From Candidatus Algichlamydia australiensis (GTDB lineage Bacteria; Chlamydiota; Chlamydiia; Chlamydiales; JAJFMI01), in NCBI GenBank assembly GCA_033977065.1, contig JAXCHI010000002.1, positions 32,001 to 96,000 on the forward strand: 64,000 bases of DNA. Direction: 5' to 3'. The notes beneath the pieces were generated by a model, which had not been told where the DNA came from, ran no database searches, and saw only the letters and a program-made list of their open reading frames with translations. The translations under genes were made by a program, and so were the position numbers. This document shows, one piece after another, positions 29,423 through 38,350 of the stretch (positions within the stretch are counted from its first letter, which is position 1; each line of letters starts with the position of its first letter).

Positions 29423-29881
29423 ATGGGATCAGAAAGTGTACCAGGAACAGGTTCAGAAGTGAAAACACCGCTAGCTAATAGCTGGGGTGAAGGATCAAAG
29501 GCCATAAATGGATTACCAACTATTCAAACTAGAGAGGGCGCTCCCCTAGTTGAAAATGGTGGAGATAATGAAGTAAAGCGTACTGGAGAAATTGGACTTA
29601 CTACAATCGGTGATGTTGCAAGAGGAATATGGCATTATTCCCGTCCTTTTGCTCTAATTGCGTTGGCTATTGGTGCGCCAATAGCGGGAAATAGATTTGA
29701 AAGCGTTGTTACTAAATACTCCGGTCAAGAAAGTTTAAGGGTCTCTATGGCAATTACTTTAGTATCTGGTCTGATTTCACTAAGTGCTGGTACTCTTGGA
29801 GTAACCGATTTGGTGCTAGGCGGCTCCGGAGTAAATCCGGTTCGACGTTGGATAGGAATTGCTCCTGAAAGTCGTGTGTAA
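29423..29881 (+). CDS. Hypothetical protein with two hydrophobic segments (Inc-like architecture)
   Basis: GGAGG RBS; hydrophilic Gly/Ser/Thr-rich N-terminus followed by two TM-like helices. Confidence 0.55.
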   Translation: MGSESVPGTGSEVKTPLANSWGEGSKAINGLPTIQTREGAPLVENGGDNEVKRTGEIGLTTIGDVARGIWHYSRPFALIALAIGAPIAGNRFESVVTKYSGQESLRVSMAITLVSGLISLSAGTLGVTDLVLGGSGVNPVRRWIGIAPESRV

Positions 29882-29899
29882 AGCATTAAGCTTTGAAAT

Positions 29900-29934
29900 A
29901 AAAAAAACCTCTTCCATTTGGAAGAGGTTTTTTT
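29900..29934. terminator. Bidirectional Rho-independent terminator between convergent genes
   Basis: aaaaaaaacctcttcc-attt-ggaagaggttttttt. Confidence 0.85.
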
Positions 29935-29955
29935 ATGCACAATTTAAGTTGTGGC

Positions 29956-31502
29956 TTAAGCTTTCTCGGGAGAGAGTTCCTGAGGAGCTTTCTGTGCAGG
30001 TGCTGCTTCTGCTTTGCTGCCGGTAAGAGCAGTGAAACGCTTGTTGAGCGCTCGGGCTGCTGCCATCCAGGCAAAGATGATAAAGAAGAGTATTCCTGCA
30101 ACGTACGGTGTGATTACAGCAACGGAGCCGAGGGCGATGATCAATCCTCGCTGGATCAATGCGCCTCCAGATTTCCCTAGTCGCGCACCAACAACGTCAA
30201 TTGCCGCTTTTCCTTTAACCTTTTGCTCTTGGTCAAGAGGAATATAAGCCATCTCTTTCGTTGGATCGAAGAGGGTATACTTCGATGCTTTACTAATAAT
30301 GGTTTGCGCAGATCCGAAGATCACAGCCATCATCAGAGGAGTCGATCCCATCATCGCAATTGCGGGCCCAAGTTGTCCTTGGAAAATCACGAATGAGAAG
30401 AAGAGAGCTCCTGTGATCATCAACGCTACAGGAGTGAAGAGAGCTCCAGCTCCCCAGCCAAAACGGCGGATCACGTTTTACCCGACAAATAGAGACATGA
30501 AGATGGTAAGAGCTCCTGTCATCATAGAGTAGCGACCCATGAATGTGCTGTAGTCGTTGTAGTTAGTATAGAGCGCTTTGATCTGGCTCTTAAATGTAAT
30601 CTCGCAGAGGTTAATTGCGATACCGTAGGCGATCACGATAATGGCGATGCAACCGATGTACTTTGATTTGCAAAGGTAGCCAAAAGATTCTTTCATTGAC
30701 ATCTTTGGCTTCTCTTTTTTCTGCTTCACAGCGCTCTGATCGTAGAATCGTGGGTCGGTAAGAACTTTTTTATTGATCCACCGTAGACTCCCATAGCAAG
30801 GACGCCTGCTACAACAACAAAGCTCATCATGTAGTTGAGTGAGACTTGCCACGCATCAACACCTTCTGGAAGCTTGTTGCGGATGTTTGAACAGCAAATG
30901 ATGACATAGCCCGATAGAATCGGAGCGATGTTTCCACCTGATCCAAAGAGTGAGTAGAAACGCTTTGATTCAGAGACTTTTGTGATATCGTTTGCAAATC
31001 CCCAGAAAAGTAGGGAGAGTGCCATCGATCCCCACATTTCCGACATGACGTAGAAAAGTGAGAAAGTCCAGTTGCGGATGATGGCAACAAGTCCAGCAAA
31101 TCCTTGCGGAAGCATCGCTTGAAGCTTATCGCAGAACTCCGTTGGGTGTAGTAAATCTCTATTTGGATAGAGTACTGTAGCAAACAAGCCGAAGAAGACT
31201 AAGAATGGTACGATTGTAGCGTAGAAAAGCGCGGGCTTGCTCAAAATGTTACTCATCTTAGAATACATGAGAACAAAGAAGACAGCCATTGGTAGCACAC
31301 CCCAAAACTTGAGGAACGTGATGGTTTCCGCACCAGATGAAGTCACAATCAATGTATCTTTTGTGTCTCGTAAAATGGTGTAGTTAAAGAGGATTAAGAA
31401 GAGGAGAAGAAACATGGGGACCAGCTTCTTAAGCTCAAAGGCGTGAATCGGCCAGAGCATCGAGCGCCACTTTCCAAACTCCTTGTTTGTTGCAGTTGAC
31501 AT
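29956..31502 (-). pseudogene. npt1: ATP/ADP translocase Npt1 (TLC/NTT family), disrupted by a 1-bp frameshift (about 30783) and an in-frame TAA (30478-30480)
   Basis: WPIHAFELKK, FNYTILRDTKD, FWGFANDIT, KYTLFDPTKEMAYIPLD, KGKAAIDVVGARLGKSGG in three fragments; syntenic with lepA and ytgA. Confidence 0.85.
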
Positions 31503-31597
31503 AGCAATAATTTCCTTTAATTTAAATTCGCTCACAAATGTGAGCACATGTTTATTTAGAACACTTCATTATAAAAAAAATGAAGTTGTAATTCAAG

Positions 31598-31628
31598 AAA
31601 AAAAGCACGCAGAGGAGTCTCTGCGTGT
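31598..31628 (-). terminator. Rho-independent terminator after the CT066-like gene
   Basis: cacgcagag/ctctgcgtg stem with a minus-strand T-tract. Confidence 0.7.
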
Positions 31629-31641
31629 AATAATAAAATAT

Positions 31642-32169
31642 TTATTCTGTAGAAGAGAGGCCTGAGTACTCCATCGCCGTTGCTTGCGCGACCATTTCAT
31701 GGGCATTTACGGACTCTACATAGTTATCCCAGTACTCCTGCTTGACGACTCCATGGCGCACAGCTTGAATAAGTTCGCGTTTTGCAGCTGCTAAAGATTT
31801 TTTTGGACTTAGGATTGAAATCATTTCTTTATCACCAGAAAGACGAGCAAGGTTAAGGAGGCGTTCTAGCTGCCCCTTAGTAAAAGTAATTTGATCACGG
31901 CGTTTACGGGAGCCTCTAGGTGCTCTTTGTTTAGGTGCTACGATACGAGGACGGTCAGCTTTAATAATATGATTTTTAATTAAATCTAGAAGTTCTGAAG
32001 GATCTTTACTCTTCATTTTACGCAGAGTAAAGTGATGGATGTACCCTCCGCTATCCATGGGAATATACTTACAGAGGTCGTTTTCTTTATTACCTCCAAC
32101 TTTTTTAATTGCTTTTGCAATTACATCTTCTAATTCGGCGAGCGTTTTCGCTTTTTGATTTTGGCTCAT
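31642..32169 (-). CDS. Conserved chlamydial hypothetical protein (CT066-like)
   Basis: KENDLCKYIP..GGYIHHFTLRKMK, PKQRAPRGSRKRRD; synteny with npt1 and ytgA. Confidence 0.75.
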   Translation of the reverse strand: MSQNQKAKTLAELEDVIAKAIKKVGGNKENDLCKYIPMDSGGYIHHFTLRKMKSKDPSELLDLIKNHIIKADRPRIVAPKQRAPRGSRKRRDQITFTKGQLERLLNLARLSGDKEMISILSPKKSLAAAKRELIQAVRHGVVKQEYWDNYVESVNAHEMVAQATAMEYSGLSSTE

Positions 32170-32442
32170 CTGTACCTTCCTTATAAAAAATAGTTTTGCG
32201 AACCGTGCGGTTGTTAATAATAACTTGTTTTGCCTATATCGCGAATTAAAGTCAAAAAAATTCCATTTTTTGCTATTAAGTTGCTAGTTTATTCGTTCTT
32301 ATTTTAGAAATATCGATGTAATAATAATTCTTGTACAGAGTGGCCCTGTTCGTTTTATGATAAATCAAGTAAATAGATTGTCACAATAGTAAAATAGAAT
32401 AAAATTTCTGAAGAACTTACAAAAAAGTCTTTTTATGAGATA

Positions 32443-33465
32443 ATGGTTCTCTGTATGCAAACCCAAATAAAAAACATAATTGCGGTTGCGGCTTGTAAAG
32501 GTGGGGTGGGAAAGTCGATGCTGACGGTCAATCTTGCCTTGGCTTGTCGCGAACTTGGTCTCAAAGTGGGTATAGTTGATGCCGACCTTCACGGCCCTTC
32601 CATTCCTCGAATGATAACGGAAGAGAGCCCCCCGAAAAAGCAGGGAGAATTTATCGTTCCTGCCAAGGGTTTTGGGATCTCTTATATCTCTTTAAGCCAC
32701 CTGCATCAGGGGGCTGCTTTGATGCGTGCGCCCATTGCGCGAAACTGGCTAGAAATATTTTCAAAGAGTGTTCTTTGGGGAGATCTTGATCTGCTGCTTA
32801 TTGATTTCCCTCCCGGTACAGGAGATATCCCTCTTACTTTAGCTCAAGAGATGAAACTAACAGGCGCCCTTCTCATTACAACGCCGCAGTTAATTGCTGT
32901 TCAAGATGTTTCAAAATGCGCGCAAATGTTTCGTGCAATGAATACTCCTTTGCTTGGGGTTGTAGAAAATATGAGTTACTTAGCGGATGCGCCTTCTCAA
33001 AAACCTTTTGGTGAAGGGGGAGGAGAGCAGCTTGCAAGCGCGTATAAGATCGATCTGCTAGCGAAAATACCTCTGGATTCGAAGATTGCCCAAAGCGCAG
33101 ATCGAGGAATCTCCCTCTTTTCACAGGGAGCAGGGCAAAACTTTTTTGCATTAGCCGAGCTCTTTTTGCAAAAAGTAGAGGGGAGTAGCCCGCTTGTTTT
33201 AAAGGAGTATGCGCAAAATGAGAAAGGCGTCTTTGTGCATTTTTCCGATGGGAAAAGTGGGGTGATTGCGTTAAAGAAATTGCAAAAGAGCTGTCCCTGT
33301 GTTCGCTGTCGAGAAGCACGGGTTACTGCCTCACCTCTTCGAGTGGATGCAAGTGTGCGTTTACGCGAATTACAGCCTGTTGGCTCCTACGCTTTTCGCT
33401 GCTATTTTACTTCAGGATGCTCTCAAGGTATCTATCCTCACCGTTTACTCCGGGAGCTAATATGA
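32443..33465 (+). CDS. Mrp/ApbC/NBP35 Fe-S carrier ATPase with C-terminal DUF971-like domain
   Basis: KGGVGKS, DADLHGPSIP, DFPPGTGD, TTPQ, ENMS; tail with CPCVRC..VGSYA..F..G..GIY. Confidence 0.85.
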   Translation: MVLCMQTQIKNIIAVAACKGGVGKSMLTVNLALACRELGLKVGIVDADLHGPSIPRMITEESPPKKQGEFIVPAKGFGISYISLSHLHQGAALMRAPIARNWLEIFSKSVLWGDLDLLLIDFPPGTGDIPLTLAQEMKLTGALLITTPQLIAVQDVSKCAQMFRAMNTPLLGVVENMSYLADAPSQKPFGEGGGEQLASAYKIDLLAKIPLDSKIAQSADRGISLFSQGAGQNFFALAELFLQKVEGSSPLVLKEYAQNEKGVFVHFSDGKSGVIALKKLQKSCPCVRCREARVTASPLRVDASVRLRELQPVGSYAFRCYFTSGCSQGIYPHRLLRELI

Positions 33466-34391
33466 AAAGAGTTTTTTCTATTTTTTTCTTGCTTCTCTTC
33501 GCTTGTTCCTCTCCAAATCAGATGCAGTGGGATGAAGGAAGTGGAAAAATCAAGGTGCTCTGCACTACTGCAATGATCGGGGACTTGGTACAGCAAGTGG
33601 GAGGTGATCGGGTTGAAACTCTTGTTTTAATTCAGGGAGAAATTGATCCGCATAGTTATGAGCTTGTAAAAGGGGATGGTGAAAAACTGCAAAGAGCTGA
33701 CCTTATTTTTTATAACGGGCTGGGTTTGGAGCATGGTGCCTCGCTTGCTTCACTGCTTCAAGAAAGCGCTCACGCATACAATTTAGGAGCGACGCTACCT
33801 CAAGAAAAGCTTTTGCGTGTAGAGGGGGCTGTCGATCCGCACATCTGGATGGATGTTGCGCTCTTTTCTCTTCTTATCGATCCCATTGCCGAAACTCTAG
33901 CAGAGGAAAATAGGGAGTATAGCCAGGAATTCTCTACCCGCGCTAAAGAAGTTAAGAAAAAACTCACAGCTTTGGATCAAAATCTTTGCGCTATGATTCA
34001 TACGATTCCTGAAGAGCAGCGCTACCTTGTGACAAGTCACGACGCATTTAACTATTTTGCAAGGCGCTATCTTGCAACTGAAAAAGAGCAACTTGAAGGA
34101 GGGTGGCAGAAACGTTTTGCTGCACCTGAAGGTTTAGCTCCTGATGGGCAGCTCTCCTCACGGCATATCGAGGAGATTGTAGAGCACTTAAAAAAAGTTC
34201 GTGTGCGTACGCTTTTCCCCGAGTCCAATGTTTCCCGCGACTCAATTCAAAAAATTGTCAGTGTTTGCAAAAGTGCAGGCCTTGATGTAAAAATTGCTTC
34301 CCAAGTACTTTACGGCGACTCGATGGGTGAAGGAAGCTATGAAAAGATGATGGAGCATAATGCACAAGCCATTGAGCAAATTTCCCATTGA
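33462..34391 (+). CDS. ytgA: Metal ABC transporter substrate-binding lipoprotein (TroA/YtgA)
   Basis: Lipobox LFAC, DPHSYE, DPHIW, HDAFNYF. Confidence 0.9.
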   Translation: MKRVFSIFFLLLFACSSPNQMQWDEGSGKIKVLCTTAMIGDLVQQVGGDRVETLVLIQGEIDPHSYELVKGDGEKLQRADLIFYNGLGLEHGASLASLLQESAHAYNLGATLPQEKLLRVEGAVDPHIWMDVALFSLLIDPIAETLAEENREYSQEFSTRAKEVKKKLTALDQNLCAMIHTIPEEQRYLVTSHDAFNYFARRYLATEKEQLEGGWQKRFAAPEGLAPDGQLSSRHIEEIVEHLKKVRVRTLFPESNVSRDSIQKIVSVCKSAGLDVKIASQVLYGDSMGEGSYEKMMEHNAQAIEQISH

Positions 34392-35121
34392 TGTAGAGGG
34401 ACTCTCAGTAAGTTTTGATGGACGCCCCATCTTATGGGAGCTCGATTTCTCTATTGAAGCGGGGAGTATTACAGCTATTGTGGGTCCCAACGGAGCTGGG
34501 AAGAGTACGCTATTACGCGCGCTACTCGGCCTTGTCCGGATTGATAAAGGAAAAATTGCAATACAGAAAAATGTGGCTTTTGTTCCGCAGCGCTGCGAAA
34601 TTGATTGGGACTTTCCTATTACTGCATTTGATGTCGTTTTGATGGGGCGCTATGGCAAGTTGGGACCACTACGCTGGCCTCGCAGAGCTGACAAGGAAGC
34701 GGCACTTAGCATGATGCGTCGCCTTGGGATTGAAAACTTAGCTTCCCGCCAAATTCGCAAGCTCTCAGGGGGACAGCAGCAGCGTCTTTTCATTGCACGG
34801 GCGCTTTTGCAGAGTAGCGATCTGATCATCTTAGATGAGCCTTTTGCAGGAATTGATATGGCAACAGAAAAGAGTTTGATTGCGCTTTTTAATGAATTAA
34901 AAAGTGAAGGCAAGACTCTGCTTCTTGTTCATCACGATCTCTCTACAGCCAAGGAGTATTTTGACCAAATTCTTCTCCTCAACCGGCGTATCATTGCTAA
35001 AGGCCCTCCTAATCAGGTATTGACAGCAGAAAATCTGCAGCGCTGTTACCAAATTCACGGCTCTCTGCTTGAAGAGGTTGCAAAACTCTCTAAAGAGACG
35101 GCACGAGGCCTTTCCAAATGA
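34360..35121 (+). CDS. ytgB: Metal ABC transporter ATPase (TroB/YtgB)
   Basis: GPNGAGKST, LSGGQQQR, LDEPF, VHHDL. Confidence 0.92.
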   Translation: MHKPLSKFPIDVEGLSVSFDGRPILWELDFSIEAGSITAIVGPNGAGKSTLLRALLGLVRIDKGKIAIQKNVAFVPQRCEIDWDFPITAFDVVLMGRYGKLGPLRWPRRADKEAALSMMRRLGIENLASRQIRKLSGGQQQRLFIARALLQSSDLIILDEPFAGIDMATEKSLIALFNELKSEGKTLLLVHHDLSTAKEYFDQILLLNRRIIAKGPPNQVLTAENLQRCYQIHGSLLEEVAKLSKETARGLSK

Positions 35122-36380
35122 TTTTTTTCGATCCCATCACTCGCGGACCACTTATTGGTTCGATGTTGATGACGCTATCTAGTGCGTTGATTGGAGTCTT
35201 TTTGCTCATTCGCAAACGCTCGCTTGTGGGCGAAGCTCTTTCGCACGCAGCCTATCCCGGTGTTGTGATTGCTGCCTTTTTCTTTTCAACAAATGACCTA
35301 GGAAAAACGTTTTTGATTTTAGGTGGTGCGCTTCTTTTTACGCTTCTTGCTATGAGCTTTATGGATATGTTAAAGCGCTTTCGCTTTCATGAAGATGCAG
35401 TGTTAACTCTCACCCTCTCCACGTTTTTGGGTGTCGGAATTCTTATTGCTTCTCGCCTGCAATTTATCAACCCTCTTGCCTATTCACAGATTGGGCAATT
35501 TCTTTATGGTCAAGTCGCAACGATGCGCGACTTCCATATTTTGCTCTACGGAGCTCTCACAGCTCTTGTCGCTCTCTTTGTAACTCTTTTTTACCACCCT
35601 TTGCGGCTGCTTCACTTTAACCCTTCTTATGCTCAAGTTTTGGGTGTTAAGCAGAAATTTTTAGAGAGAGTGCTGAAATTGCTAACGGCTCTCTCTATTG
35701 TAATTGGAATACGGACTGTTGGCGTCGTGCTGATGTCAGGGATGCTCATTGCTCCTGCCATTGCGGCTAGAAGTCTTTCGCATCGACTCTCAAAGATGCT
35801 TTTCATTGCCGCTGGAGTTGGTCTTACTAGTGGATTTTTAGGGAATTACCTCTCCACAAAAGTGGTTGCAGTCTATCTCCCCATCGGCCCTATGATTCTG
35901 CTTGTGGCCGCGGCAATTGCTCTGCTTGCGCTTTTCTTTTCACCTGAGAGAGGTTTATTCGTGCGTGCAATTCGTATTTTTCTTTTTCATAAGCGCCGAA
36001 CAGAAGAAAATATTTTAAAGTTTATTTGGAAAAGTGAAGGGGAGGTAACGCTTTCAAAATTGCGTGAGTTTCTGCCCTTACCGCGGATTCTATTGATTTT
36101 GGAACTGCGCGCGCTGATCTACCAAGGTTTTTTAGAAAAGAGAGACCAATATCGCTTTACGGCTGATGGAAAAAAGAGAGCTGCCCGCATTGTGCGATTG
36201 CACAGACTTTGGGAGCTCTACCTCTTCCATCAGCATCGTGTAAGCCCTGAAAAAGTGCATACAAGTGCCAATGAGATGGAGCATATCATTACACCTGAGG
36301 TAGAAAAACGACTGGATGATCTTCTTGGATCACCTGAAAAGGATCCGCACAATAAACCGATTCCAAAGGGGGAGGGCTAG
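35118..36380 (+). CDS. ytgC: Metal ABC permease fused to a DtxR-like repressor (YtgCR)
   Basis: EALSHAAYPG permease motif; C-terminal RLHRLWELYL...ANEMEH...DPHNKPIP DtxR motifs. Confidence 0.9.
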   Translation: MIFFDPITRGPLIGSMLMTLSSALIGVFLLIRKRSLVGEALSHAAYPGVVIAAFFFSTNDLGKTFLILGGALLFTLLAMSFMDMLKRFRFHEDAVLTLTLSTFLGVGILIASRLQFINPLAYSQIGQFLYGQVATMRDFHILLYGALTALVALFVTLFYHPLRLLHFNPSYAQVLGVKQKFLERVLKLLTALSIVIGIRTVGVVLMSGMLIAPAIAARSLSHRLSKMLFIAAGVGLTSGFLGNYLSTKVVAVYLPIGPMILLVAAAIALLALFFSPERGLFVRAIRIFLFHKRRTEENILKFIWKSEGEVTLSKLREFLPLPRILLILELRALIYQGFLEKRDQYRFTADGKKRAARIVRLHRLWELYLFHQHRVSPEKVHTSANEMEHIITPEVEKRLDDLLGSPEKDPHNKPIPKGEG

Positions 36381-37292
36381 TTGTACCAGCACTGCAATTT
36401 TTTTACTTTTATCACGCTCTTTTTTCAGCGCTTCTGGCTTTTCTGTTTAGGTCGTCTGCCGCTCTCTGAACTGGCTAGTGATGAAATACAAATTGGAATT
36501 TTGGCTCTTCTTGGCATTACTGCTTCTCTACTTGGAACTTTTTTGATTTTGCGACGCATGACAATGCTGGCAAACTCTCTCTCGCACACGATCCTGCTTG
36601 GGGTAGTGATTGCCTACTTGCTCTTTGGATTTACTATGGACTTGAAAGTGATGGGGGCAGCTGCTCTGATTAGCGCCCTCTTAACAGCTCTTTTTACGGA
36701 AGGGCTTACCAAACTCTTTCGTTTACATGAGGATGCGAGCATCGGTCTTGTGTTTTCTACTCTCTTTGCACTTGGGATTGTTTTGATCACCACCATGACC
36801 CGCAACGCCCACATCAGCAGCGAGATTATCATGGGAAATCTTGACGCAGTTAAACTTTCTGATTTAAAGTTAACAGCAATGATCTTTGCAATGAACACGG
36901 GTGCGCTCCTTCTCTGTTTTCGCGGCTATGCGATCAGCTCCTTTGATGGTGTCTTTGCTAAGCAGATTGGTCTCTCACCGAGGCTCTTCCATTATCTGTT
37001 GATGGTACAAACGGCCCTGACTTCGATTGCAGCCTTTCGTGCGGTGGGAGTGGTGCTTGTTCTTGCGCTATTTGTGGGGCCGCCACTCATCGCCAGACTA
37101 TTTGCCAAACGTTTGAAGTCGATGTTACTACTGAGTTCCCTGCTCTCTCTTATTTTTGCTATTTTCTCAGTTGCACTTTCACGCCACTTTTTGCGCTCGC
37201 ATGCAATCGCTCTTTCCACAGCAGGACTTACCGCAACTCTAATCTTAGTCGGGTTTGTTATCTCTTTGGTTCCTAAGTGGAGACAGGCATGA
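36381..37292 (+). CDS. ytgD: Metal ABC permease (TroD/YtgD)
   Basis: NSLSHTILLG, EDASIGLVFSTLFALG, AVGVVLV. Confidence 0.88.
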   Translation: MYQHCNFFTFITLFFQRFWLFCLGRLPLSELASDEIQIGILALLGITASLLGTFLILRRMTMLANSLSHTILLGVVIAYLLFGFTMDLKVMGAAALISALLTALFTEGLTKLFRLHEDASIGLVFSTLFALGIVLITTMTRNAHISSEIIMGNLDAVKLSDLKLTAMIFAMNTGALLLCFRGYAISSFDGVFAKQIGLSPRLFHYLLMVQTALTSIAAFRAVGVVLVLALFVGPPLIARLFAKRLKSMLLLSSLLSLIFAIFSVALSRHFLRSHAIALSTAGLTATLILVGFVISLVPKWRQA

Positions 37293-38350
37293 GAAAAATT
37301 GCTATTTTGGGTTCTACGGGGTCGATTGGTTGCCGCACGCTTGATGTAATCGATCACTTAGGAGGATTTGAGGTGCAAGCGCTCACGTGTCACTCCAATT
37401 ATCAGCTGTTAGCAGAACAGGCGGCAAAATATAAGCCGAAATTGCAGACGCAAGACTTAATTGAAATTGTAACCTCTGATCAAGTCGATGAAGTGGTGAT
37501 TGCCATTATGGGCGCAGCTGCGATCGCGCCTACACTTGCAGCAATTCGTGCGCGAAAGCGCGTGATGATTGCTACAAAAGAAGTTCTTGTTATGGCAGGG
37601 GATCTTGTAATGCGTGAGGCTAAGGAGCATGGCGTAGAGCTAATCCCAATTGATAGCGAGCACAGTTCGCTTTTTTCTATGTTGCGAGATCTTCCCGCTA
37701 ATGAGATTGAAAAATTGATTCTCACTGCCTCTGGCGGCCCTTTTTTTAAGCATTCACAAGAGGATTTGGCAAATATCACAATTGCTGATGCGCTCAACCA
37801 CCCGCGCTGGAAGATGGGATCTAAAATTACCATTGATAGCTCAACAATGATGAATAAAGGGCTAGAGATAATTGAGGCGCATCACCTCTTTTCGATCCCA
37901 AAAGAGAAGATTGAGGTTGTTATCCATCCGCAGAGCTATATTCACGCTATCGTGCAACTCACAGATGGAACGATGCTTGCCCATATTGGTCCTACCGATA
38001 TGGCTCTCCCTATTCAATACGCATTGACCCACCCTAAACGGCAAAAGAGCTTTCTCTCTCCACTTAATCTTGCAGAGGTAGGAAAATTTGAGTTTTATTC
38101 CCCCGATATGCGAAAATTTCCCTGTCTTGCCCTAGCAATAGAGGCGCTCAAAAAGGGGGGTAGTCTGCCTTGCTTTATGAATGCAGCCAATGAGAAGCTT
38201 GTAAGCCGATTTTTAAAAGGCGAAATTAGTTGGCAGGAGATTGGAGTGCGTTTGAAAAACTTAATGTCACAAAATTCTTTAATCATAGATCCTGATTTAG
38301 ATCAGCTGATCAAAACAGACCGCAAAGCAAGAGAGCTCGCAGCGTTATGA
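37289..38350 (+). CDS. dxr: 1-deoxy-D-xylulose 5-phosphate reductoisomerase
   Basis: ILGSTGSIG, PIDSEH, LTASGGPF, HPRWKMGSKITIDS, NKGLEIIEA, NAANE. Confidence 0.96.
   Translation: MRKIAILGSTGSIGCRTLDVIDHLGGFEVQALTCHSNYQLLAEQAAKYKPKLQTQDLIEIVTSDQVDEVVIAIMGAAAIAPTLAAIRARKRVMIATKEVLVMAGDLVMREAKEHGVELIPIDSEHSSLFSMLRDLPANEIEKLILTASGGPFFKHSQEDLANITIADALNHPRWKMGSKITIDSSTMMNKGLEIIEAHHLFSIPKEKIEVVIHPQSYIHAIVQLTDGTMLAHIGPTDMALPIQYALTHPKRQKSFLSPLNLAEVGKFEFYSPDMRKFPCLALAIEALKKGGSLPCFMNAANEKLVSRFLKGEISWQEIGVRLKNLMSQNSLIIDPDLDQLIKTDRKARELAAL

Noticed and set aside
35167..35182. 15/16 match to the MITE terminus (tgatgacgctatctag) inside ytgC
   Set aside because: Lies in an ordinary permease helix (LMTLS) with no partner terminus or hairpin; probably chance
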